A DNA stretch of 61,833 nt, counting the filler. It is 6 parts of 6 records of this genome, joined end to end, with 100 filler letters (N's around TTAATTAATTAA, not from the genome) between each part and the next. Parts side by side here need not be neighbours in the genome. Positions count along the whole stretch, not along the records: positions 34,169 to 41,418 come from SRR31156797_24835; positions 41,519 to 61,833 come from SRR31156797_24839; 4 more parts are not named here. One strand, 5' to 3'. The notes beneath the pieces were generated by a model, which was not told where the DNA came from, did not search any database, and was given only the letters and a program-made list of their open reading frames with translations. The stretch's first letter is position 1; each line of letters opens with the position of its first letter. Positions 38,339-46,479 of this stretch are shown piece after piece. The translations under genes were made by a program, and so were the position numbers.

Positions 38339-38947
38339 TCAATCCGGGTGCAACCGTCCTTCCTTATCCTTTGTTGATAGTGAAATCCGTGCCAGGGTTG
38401 TCACAACAGCTGTTTTTGAATCCATTTTAATCTGCCAGGCAAGCTTCACCTTCTGCATCACAATCCGGATAAATCCGAGTTGTGATTTGCTTTTGCCCTC
38501 TTCTTTGGCCGCTTTTGCTTCCTTCAGCTTCTGCTTGAAAAGTTGATTGATATCATCGGTTTTCAAAACCAGGCGGGCGCATTTTTCCAAATCGGGTATC
38601 CGGCCCGGATCACTTTCATTTACGAGATACACCAGAAATTCGTCCTTTTTCAAACAGAACTCCATGGTAATAAAATAATTGCGATCCCGGCAGCCGTATT
38701 TCAATGCGTTTTCCATCAATTCCACGCATACGGAATGCAGGACTGTTTTTATCCGTTCCTCTTTCCCGGAATCAACATATTGTGACCAGATGTCTCCCAT
38801 GAATTCCGTGGAACAATCCTTTGAGAACCAGAGTTTTTCCCGGTCAATGGTGCCGGTTTTCAGCCTCAAAGTACTCGACAGGTCGAACTGTTCCCGGTCC
38901 GATAAATCGATATAATCTCCGATCACAATATTTTTTTCTTCATTCAT
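38339..38947 (-). CDS. Anti-sigma-type Ser/Thr kinase with GHKL fold (SiaB/Slr1658-like)
   Basis: N-box ELMENALKY, G2-like SQLGF, no His phosphoacceptor box. Overlaps the PP2C stop. Confidence 0.75.
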   Translation of the reverse strand: MNEEKNIVIGDYIDLSDREQFDLSSTLRLKTGTIDREKLWFSKDCSTEFMGDIWSQYVDSGKEERIKTVLHSVCVELMENALKYGCRDRNYFITMEFCLKKDEFLVYLVNESDPGRIPDLEKCARLVLKTDDINQLFKQKLKEAKAAKEEGKSKSQLGFIRIVMQKVKLAWQIKMDSKTAVVTTLARISLSTKDKEGRLHPD

Positions 38948-41216
38948 CCGGACGCCCTTTGGGTTTCACGATGACCAGGGTCATATCATCATTTATCCTG
39001 TCTCCGCACCAGCGGAGCACATCGGCCATGATCTTTTTCTTCATGGTTTCGGGATCATGGAACACATGGAAGCCGATGATTTCCGTAAATCCTTTGATAT
39101 CGAGGAGTTCACCCTCCTGATTTTCAGCCTCGGTCAGACCGTCGGAATACAGAACCATGACATCTCCCTGTTCCAGGTAAAAATATGAATTCCCTGTGGA
39201 ACGGGCAATATCCTCTTTTAAGTTCAGATAGATGCCTTTGGTTCTGATGAGTTCACACCTGCCTGCCCCCCCGCGGTAAACAATGATTCTCAAATGGGCG
39301 CCGGCATGTTGAAATTTCCCGTTTCCCAGATATTTCAAAGCATTGAATGTCATGAAATGGGTTTCGTTCAGCCGTTCATGGACATTCCGGTACAAAATAT
39401 TGTTGACCATGATCACGGCGTCCCTGGCATCGCAGTCCGTGCTTGTGGTGACGGTCGTATGAACGGTCTGGGCCATCATCATGATCAGGCCGGGGGTTAC
39501 GCCGTGTCCGGACACGTCTCCAATGGAGATCCAAAGGTGCCCCTGCCTGTCAGCGGTGATATCGTAATAATCCCCTCCCACCTGATTTGCGGTCACCATG
39601 GAGGCCGAAATCTCGAAATCAGGGTGAATATTATTAAAGGAGGTCGGAAGTAAGGAAGTCTGGATTTTCCGGGCAAGCTTCATTTCCTGGTCCAATGCCG
39701 CCGATTTTGCCATGGCCTTTCCCAGGCCGTCAATCAGGTCATTCACGCCAAGAACCAGGTCCCGCCAACCGCCGTCAAACGCGCCTGCATTTCCCCGGAC
39801 ATCCAGCCGGCCCTGCCCCACGGCCCGGATCATTCCATTGGTCTCATCCGTGATTTCATTCAGCCGCCGGATCATCTGATTCAATGCTTTCATCATCCGG
39901 TCCCGGTCCGAGCGTTCCCTGACTTCCACCCCCAGATTGCCGCCGGCGATCTCTTCCGCCACATGGGCGGTTTCGCAGGTTACGTCAATGAGCCGGACCA
40001 GGTTATTGGTCATAATTCCGATCTCATCCTTTCTGTTTCGATCCGGCCCGAGTTGATCCAGGGGTTCCGACAAATCCCCCTCCGCCACGTTTCGAATCAG
40101 ATGAACCACCCGGTTAATGGGCTGAATCACCTGCTGCCCGACATAGACCCATCCCATAAACAAGGAAAAAACAAGGCTTGCCAGGGCAACGCATCCCAGA
40201 ATCACCGACATGAACCGCCGGGTCTCTTTTGCGGAAAGCGTTGCCTGATGAATATCCGCTTTTGCCTTGCTGATAAGTTCCTTCACCGTCCCGTTCATTT
40301 GGATTGACAATGCCCTGCTTTTCTCCAGCAGCTCATATGCCACGGCCGTGGTCTCAAGCTCCTGCCGGCGCAACTCCGGCAGGGCCAGTTCCCCTATCGT
40401 ATAAGGTTCAAACCGGATCATAAGTTCGGCATAGGCGCCTGCCATCTCAGCCTTGAGCCGGCCGGTCTGCTCCTGGATATCCGAAATCAGAGAACGCCCT
40501 TTCAGCCCGTTAATTTTGAGATCTCGAAGATTGTGTTCCGTGGCTGAAGAGAGCAGCAGATTTGTGAGGGCATTGCCCAGACGCTCGATTTCAAGCAAGG
40601 GCATCAGCTGCCCAACGGCTTCCGGCAAACTTCGAACAAGGGCCATATCCATATTTTCACGGCCATAATCCCTGACAAACTCCTCATGTTCGTCAATGGG
40701 CTGCTTACTGATGGATATGGCGGGTTTGATGATGGCCTGGAACTCCCGGTAGGTGCCCAAAAGTTCATTATAGATGCGCCTGCTGTCCTCGAGGATTTCA
40801 AGCTTTCGTTTCACAGCGTCATCGATCTGCATGAGATATTGCACCATCTGCGTGAAGTCGGACTCAATGACCGCCACCGTTTGAACATTTCCGGGAAACG
40901 CCTTGATTTCGGCAATCAGCAGGGAGATCGTGCCCACATCCGTCCGGATGGCATCCATGATCGCTTTTCTTTCATCATCCTTTACCGAAGCGATCAGCAA
41001 CGGAGCGTTGGCAATAATCCGCTCACTCTGGGCGGCCAGCCGCTGGGCAAACACCATGGGCGGCAGACGGTCTTTTGTTATCCGGTCAAGGGTCTGCCCC
41101 AGAAAAACAAATGTATAGAAGGCAAGCGCGCATGATAGGACCACAAAACTTGCGACCCCCATAAAAGAAAGGATCAGTTTGTTTTTGACACTTGCCGTTT
41201 TCATCAGCATAGACAT
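38940..41216 (-). CDS. Membrane SpoIIE/RsbU-type PP2C phosphatase with a large periplasmic sensor and multiple HAMP domains
   Basis: TM, about 320-aa helical sensor, TM, HAMPs, then ARKIQTSLLP, VGGDYYD, IGDVSGHG, YSDGLTEA, DDMTL. Confidence 0.9.
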   Translation of the reverse strand: MSMLMKTASVKNKLILSFMGVASFVVLSCALAFYTFVFLGQTLDRITKDRLPPMVFAQRLAAQSERIIANAPLLIASVKDDERKAIMDAIRTDVGTISLLIAEIKAFPGNVQTVAVIESDFTQMVQYLMQIDDAVKRKLEILEDSRRIYNELLGTYREFQAIIKPAISISKQPIDEHEEFVRDYGRENMDMALVRSLPEAVGQLMPLLEIERLGNALTNLLLSSATEHNLRDLKINGLKGRSLISDIQEQTGRLKAEMAGAYAELMIRFEPYTIGELALPELRRQELETTAVAYELLEKSRALSIQMNGTVKELISKAKADIHQATLSAKETRRFMSVILGCVALASLVFSLFMGWVYVGQQVIQPINRVVHLIRNVAEGDLSEPLDQLGPDRNRKDEIGIMTNNLVRLIDVTCETAHVAEEIAGGNLGVEVRERSDRDRMMKALNQMIRRLNEITDETNGMIRAVGQGRLDVRGNAGAFDGGWRDLVLGVNDLIDGLGKAMAKSAALDQEMKLARKIQTSLLPTSFNNIHPDFEISASMVTANQVGGDYYDITADRQGHLWISIGDVSGHGVTPGLIMMMAQTVHTTVTTSTDCDARDAVIMVNNILYRNVHERLNETHFMTFNALKYLGNGKFQHAGAHLRIIVYRGGAGRCELIRTKGIYLNLKEDIARSTGNSYFYLEQGDVMVLYSDGLTEAENQEGELLDIKGFTEIIGFHVFHDPETMKKKIMADVLRWCGDRINDDMTLVIVKPKGRPDE

Positions 41217-41239
41217 ACCTGAACAGTACGATTTAAATG

Positions 41240-41418
41240 CTAGCTTGCAAATTTCCACCAGCGGCGCGGTTCTATATTTTCAGCCAGGGTATCCTTCGGA
41301 ATCTCACGGGCGATTTTGTGAATCTCCTGGTAAACGTCAATGCCCCCGGCCATCGTGTTCAGTCTATCCCGCCATTTTTCCCAGGGTCCGGGGTTGAACT
41401 CCGGCGAACACATCCGCT
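41240..41418 (-). CDS. 3' end of an unidentified protein upstream of the phosphatase
   Basis: Open frame RMCSPEFNPGPWEKW...EPRRWWKFAS* from the contig edge. Confidence 0.5.
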
Positions 41419-41518
41419 NNNNNNNNNNNNNNNNNNNNNNNNNNNNNNNNNNNNNNNNNNNNTTAATTAATTAANNNNNNNNNNNNNNNNNNNNNNNNNN
41501 NNNNNNNNNNNNNNNNNN
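41419..41518. other. Artificial contig linker
   Basis: N44-TTAATTAATTAA-N44. Confidence 0.99.
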
Positions 41519-42307
41519 CAGACGATGCAGGCGCCCCACATATTGGGCAAGCGTGCCCTTCCAGGAGATCGGCAGGGCGAGAAACAAGGTATCGAGCCGG
41601 GCGTCGTCGAAGCCCTCCCCGATGTAGCGGCCGGTGGCGATCAGCACCCGTTCCTCGCCGGACGGAATGTCCGCGAGGCGTCCCATGGTAGCTCGCCGTT
41701 GTTTGGCACCAAGGCCACCGATGAGAAGGATCACATTGCGGGCAAAGTGGGAAAGACGTTCGGCGAGACGTAGGGCGTGGTTCTTGCGCTCGGTCAGGAT
41801 TACGGGCGAGCGCTTCTCCTCCAGTGCTTTCGGCACATCGTCGAAAATCAGATCGTTGCGTTCCGGCAACGGCCCTGTGATCGGCGCTTCCGGTTTGCGC
41901 CGCGAGGGCGGTACGGCCCAAGACTCCTCGTCCTCCTCGTCGAGCGGCAAGCGCAATCCGATGACGCGGCGCATGCTGCAAAGGCAGCGCAATCAGATTG
42001 CCGAAGCCGCCCGCCGGCATGTTGTCCTAGCTCGGGAAGAAACGGTCATAAGAGGAAAAACCGATGTCCGGATTGCGCTCCATCGCCTCGGGAACACGTC
42101 CTCGCATCCTCGAAACAGCGAACGGAACAGAACGATCTTTGCTACCGGAAGCGATGCGTTAGTCACGGGCGCGCTGGTCTCTTTACTCGCCGCTTCCCGC
42201 GCGACGAGCAGGCCAGCGAGCCATGCTTCAAGGTCGGCCCTTTCGGAATCAAGCTGCGCCAACCGCGTGCGGATCGCGACGATTTCGTGCTTTTCCTCTT
42301 TCGACAA
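41519..42307 (-). pseudogene. Internally deleted remnant of a TOTE-type primase domain/SF2 helicase gene
   Basis: Spliced fragments in different frames: LFRSLFRGCEDVFPRRW; SYDRFFPS*DNMPAGGFGNLIALPLQ (in-frame TAG); GLRLPLDEED...W; and ATGRYIGEGFDDARLDTLFL...QYVGRLHR (helicase motifs V-VI). Confidence 0.78.
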
Positions 42308-42608
42308 GATCCTGCCCTAAACGTATTGGCGTTTCACCGTTGGTGCGTGTCAGGCTTTCGGCCGTGGTGAAATGCGAGAAAACATATCGTCCGGAAACCG
42401 ATGCAGACAACATCCGGGACGGCAACTGCCACACGAGGCGCGCGAGCCATCCCTTTCCCGTCGTTTCACACCCGGCTCTGAGATTTAGAACACCTCAAAG
42501 TGGATCGGCTTCGGCGGTTATACAATAAAATATTGAAATACTTAAATTTTTGCATTGCTCCACCGCTTAGGACAGCATCCGGCCCTTTCAACCGCCGGAA
42601 CATGATCC

Positions 42609-42930
42609 ATGCATTTGAGCACCATCACCGATGGCTTCCTGGCCAATTGCCAAGCCAAGGGGCTGTCCCTTCACACCATTCGCGCCTATCGCCAAGATCT
42701 CCGCGATCTTTCGACCTGGATGATCCGTGAGAACCTGGAACCGCCCGTCACGAAGGACATCGTTCTGCGTTGGATCGAGGACATACGCGCCCGCGACTTG
42801 GCGCCGGCCAGCATCAAACGCCGTCTCGCCTGCCTCCGGGTGCTGTGCCGGTGGCTCGAAAGCGAAGGTCGCGTCCCGGAGAACCCGTTCCATCGGTTGC
42901 GCACCCCGATTCGCGTGCCCAACAAGCGCC
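42609..42930 (+). pseudogene. Tyrosine recombinase N-terminal SAM-like domain only
   Basis: KGLSLHTIRAYRQDL, LAPASIKRRLACLR, ENPF. The catalytic domain is missing, replaced by inverted IS110 sequence. Confidence 0.8.
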
Positions 42931-43402
42931 TGGCGGACAAACAGGTCGCGCGCCCGGAAGCTCACCCCAGAGCCTGCTTCTCCTTGCTCTTCACTGCCAC
43001 AAACCGCATTGTCGGCCGACCCGCCGCCTCGGCGATGGCCTCGGCATCGGCGGTATCGTTCTTCTGGCGCTTTACGAACGGCTTCCGTAAACCGGCGGGA
43101 TCAACTTGACCTGGTGGCCCAACTCACCAATCTCGTGCGCCCAATAGTGCGCACTCGCGCAGGCCTCCATCGCCACCACACAACGCGCCTGACTGGCAAG
43201 AAACGGTAGAACCCTGCTGCGCCCCAGCTTCTTCCTGAAAACCACTCCGCCATCGTGCCCGGCGCCGTGCAGCTGAAACGAGTTCTTCGCCAAATCCAGC
43301 CCGATGATGTTAACTTCTCCCATGGACGCTTCCTCCTCTATAGCGGTTCATGACACCACTATCCTGGCACATCGATGCCGTCGGAACGGGCGTCCACCCC
43401 AT
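42930..43402 (-). mobile_element. IS110 family (IS1111-like) left end plus a frameshifted, truncated transposase
   Basis: IIGLDLAK, VAMEACASAHYW, then a frameshift to KPFVKRQKNDTADAEAI and a second to FRARDLFVRQ. Leader ATGGGGTGGACGCCC...GGAGGAAGCGTCCATG. Confidence 0.85.
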
Positions 43403-43497
43403 CGCTTACAAACGTCCTAATTCATGATGCGTCCCCGCCCCCGAAAACACATCATCCAACCTTATGCTTGATCAACAATTGATCCGCCAAAGCAGTG

Positions 43498-44037
43498 CTA
43501 GGGTGCGATTTGGGAAACGGCGGTTGCAATCTCCTCGCTGAGGGCCGAGACGTTGCGGCTCATGGCCGCCGCCAGGGTTTCAAAACGGCCGTCTGCGAGC
43601 GGTGTTTGCAGCCGCGAGCGGCGGGTGAATAGACTTTCGCGGCCACGGGTGCGGATCACCGTCCAACGGGCAACCAATTCGGCATGCTTGCCGGCCACGG
43701 CGTCCATCGCCTCGACATAGACGGCGATCTCGTAGTCGACGGCGGCGCCACGTTTCTCGCCGAAGCCCAGCACCTGATCGGTGCCGAGAATCCGCGACAG
43801 ATTCTCGACCAGGATACGCCCCAGGTTCTCGTCCAGGGGTTCGGCCCACAGATCGAACTCGGCCAGCTCCAACCGGTAACGGTCCTTGCGGGTGACGATC
43901 TGTTGGCGCTCGAGATGGGACGGCACGTCGACCGGACCGACGGCGATGGAAATCCCGGCCGGCAACGCCGCCGCGGCGGAGACCGGCAAATCCGAATCGG
44001 AGGCCAGCAGGTAGTAGCGACTGGGCGGTGTCGGGCC
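43498..44037 (-). pseudogene. pqiC: PqiC-like ABC auxiliary lipoprotein lacking its start, signal peptide and lipobox
   Basis: TPPSRYYLL, VGPVDVPSHLER, WAEPLDENL, LVARW. The upstream part is replaced by pqiB sequence. Confidence 0.75.
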
Positions 44038-45605
44038 GCCGCCGCGATCTCCTGGATGGCGGTCCGGGTCTCGTAGCGGAACGCGGAATCCTCCGACACG
44101 ACGGTATCGAGGGAATTGAGCGCCCGCTCGGCCGAGGCAATGGCCGCCTCGGCCTGCTTCAGGGTTTCGGCGGCCCGCGGCATCACGGTCGTGTCGGCCC
44201 GGGTCAGCAGATCCTCCAGCCGTTGCGAGGCCCGGCTGAGCGAGGTCACGGCGGTCTTGATCTCGCCGGAATTGACCAGCCGGTCGGCGCCGTCCAGGGT
44301 GTGCAGCATTTTCCGGGAGATGCTGTCGAGGGGCTGCTTCCGGAGCTTGGCGACCAGCTCGGTGACCGAGTTGGTGATCTCGTCGAGGCTGGCCGGCAGC
44401 GTCGGAATCTCGGGATAGTCGTCGTTCCGCCCGACCAGCTTGGCCGGCGAATCGGGATCCATATCGAGATCGACGATCAGTTGGCCGGTCAGAAAGCTGC
44501 CGGTCTTCAGGCGGGCCCGCAGGCCCTGCGACACCAGCAGGTCGAATCCCTTCCTGCGCTGTTCGGCGGTCAGGGCCGAACCGGCCGAACCGGCGTGGCG
44601 CACCGACACCCGCTCCGGTTCGACCTCGACCAGAACCGGTACCAGGAAGGTCGCCATATCGGGATCGAGCTCCAGGCGGACATCGAGGACGGACCCGACC
44701 TTGATGCCCCGGAACTCGACAGGAGCCCCGATGCTGAGGCCGCGCACCGAGGAGTCGAAGTACATGATGAACCGCATCTTCTCGGTATACGCGGTTGCCT
44801 GAACGTCCTCCTGACTGTCGAACAGAACGAACCGCGTCCCCTCGGCGACCGGCGGACCGGCCGCCGCGATGTCGAGAGTTTCGAATTCAATACCGCCGAG
44901 AACCAGGGACTGCAGGGTGCCGGTCTGCACCTTGAGCCCGTCGGCCCCCATGGAGAACGCCAGGCCGCTGGCGTTCCAGAACCGCGTCGTGCGGCGGACC
45001 AGCTTGTCGTACGGCGCCAGAACGAAGGCATGGACGAGAACCCGGCTGTTGTCCTCAACCAGCTCGTAACCGAGCACCTCGCCGACCTCGATTCCCCTGA
45101 AATAAAGAGGAGATCCCCGCGACAGGGAGCCGAGGGGGGAGGTGGTCAGGACGAGGTTGGTGCCGGGGGTGTCGGCGGTGACGAGCGGCGGCTCGTCAAG
45201 AGCGGTGAATTCGCATTTCGACTCGCCGCCGGCGCCAGAATCGAGCTCGACATAGGCCCCCGAGACCAGCGTCCCGAGACCGGAGATGTCCTTGATGCCG
45301 ATCCGCGGCCGGACCACCCAGAAGCGCGTCGTCTCGGTCAGCAAGAGCTCGGCCGTCCGCGCCATCTCGGCGGTCGCGCGGATCGTCCCGATGACGACGT
45401 CCTTGTATTTGACCGGGGTCTTGCCCGGCTCCACCCCACTTGCGGTCGCGAAGGAGATGGAGATCTGCGGCCCCTGTTCGCTGAGGATCCGGTAGACCAG
45501 CCAGCCGCCAATGAGCAGGGCGACGATGGGAATCGCCCAGACGGCCGACAGACGCCGACCGGCCTTGACAACGGCCTCATGCCAACGACATCGACCCCGT
45601 AGCAA
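44033..45605 (-). pseudogene. pqiB: PqiB-like three-MCE-domain intermembrane transport protein, damaged
   Basis: SAVWAIP, TRFWVVRPR, GSPLYFRGIEVG, SVRGLSIGAPVEFRGIKVG, GLRARLKTGSFLTGQL. No clear start codon, the normal C-terminus is lost after AAAAR, and no pqiA is present. Confidence 0.75.
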
Positions 45606-45644
45606 GGGAAGAGATTTTTTTATCCATTGAATCGAGTGAGTGGT

Positions 45645-46226
45645 TCAGCCCTCTTTTTCTCCAGACTTTGCTTTTTGGGTCTCGATCAACCTCTGGGCTG
45701 CCACCCGCCCTTGATCGGCCGCTTGGGCCGGCGGCAAAATTTGAGCCAGCGCTGTAGCTCCTTCCATCAACAAAAAAATCTGCTCAGCGAGTTGTCCTTG
45801 ATCAGACACCCCTTCCGCCTGAAGCTGTGCACGAATAAAGGCGAATAAAGAAAGCTTGTAGGCGGCGCCAACTTTAGCAATTTGAACCGAATGTACGGCA
45901 TATTCGCCAACCGCCCTCATTAAAAGACAGCCATGATTTCCCTTGCCTTTAATCCAGAGTCCATGGGCATTGAAAATGGAGAGAATACGAGACTGACCCT
46001 TTGTTGCCGCTGCTTCTGCCGCTGCGACAAGCATCGAGCAGTACGATTGATTATAATGTTCGAGAACAGCGAGAATGAGATCATCCTTCGATCGAAAATG
46101 GTTGTATAGGGTCATGCGGGCGGTACCCGCCTCAACGATCACGCGATCAAGTGTCGTCGCATGAAACCCCTCATGGGAAAAGAGCCGCTCAGCGGCCTCA
46201 ATAAGATGCTCTCTCTTTCCAGCCAT
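45645..46226 (-). CDS. TetR/AcrR family regulator (NemR/ComR-like)
   Basis: AERLFSHEGFHATT, TLYNHFRSKDDL, GCLL. Confidence 0.9.
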   Translation of the reverse strand: MAGKREHLIEAAERLFSHEGFHATTLDRVIVEAGTARMTLYNHFRSKDDLILAVLEHYNQSYCSMLVAAAEAAATKGQSRILSIFNAHGLWIKGKGNHGCLLMRAVGEYAVHSVQIAKVGAAYKLSLFAFIRAQLQAEGVSDQGQLAEQIFLLMEGATALAQILPPAQAADQGRVAAQRLIETQKAKSGEKEG

Positions 46227-46479
46227 TGTGTTCTCGAACATACATGGAGTGGTTTCTATGCGAGCACCATGCTCAGCGGTAAAATGCCAACGGAATGATC
46301 TCTCATTAGGCTACGTTTATTTTGTATCCACGGAACTCCAAGACATTTCCCCTTGGGGCGTATCGCCGAGAAAAACCGAGATGTTTTTCCAGTTCGCCGG
46401 CGCATCGTTCATCAGAAACCACCTACTGTGGATGCCGCGATTGCCGGTCGATAGCGGTCCTGGGACAACATCGGCATGT

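Noticed and set aside
8585-41518. Repeated TTAATTAATTAA motif as a biological repeat or CRISPR-like array
   Set aside because: It is always centred in N-runs of identical length, so it is an artificial linker. ORFs ending in X...LIN are artefacts of it.
42027-42029. In-frame TAG in the primase-like fragment as pyrrolysine or recoding
   Set aside because: It sits in a multiply deleted pseudogene and is most simply a CAG-to-TAG mutation.
43365-43380. TGGCACATCGATGCC as a sigma54 promoter
   Set aside because: GG-to-GC spacing is one base short of consensus, and it lies within the IS110 leader palindrome.
43656-44032. 649-aa PqiB with a novel C-terminal domain
   Set aside because: The extension is an out-of-frame read of pqiC after a deletion.
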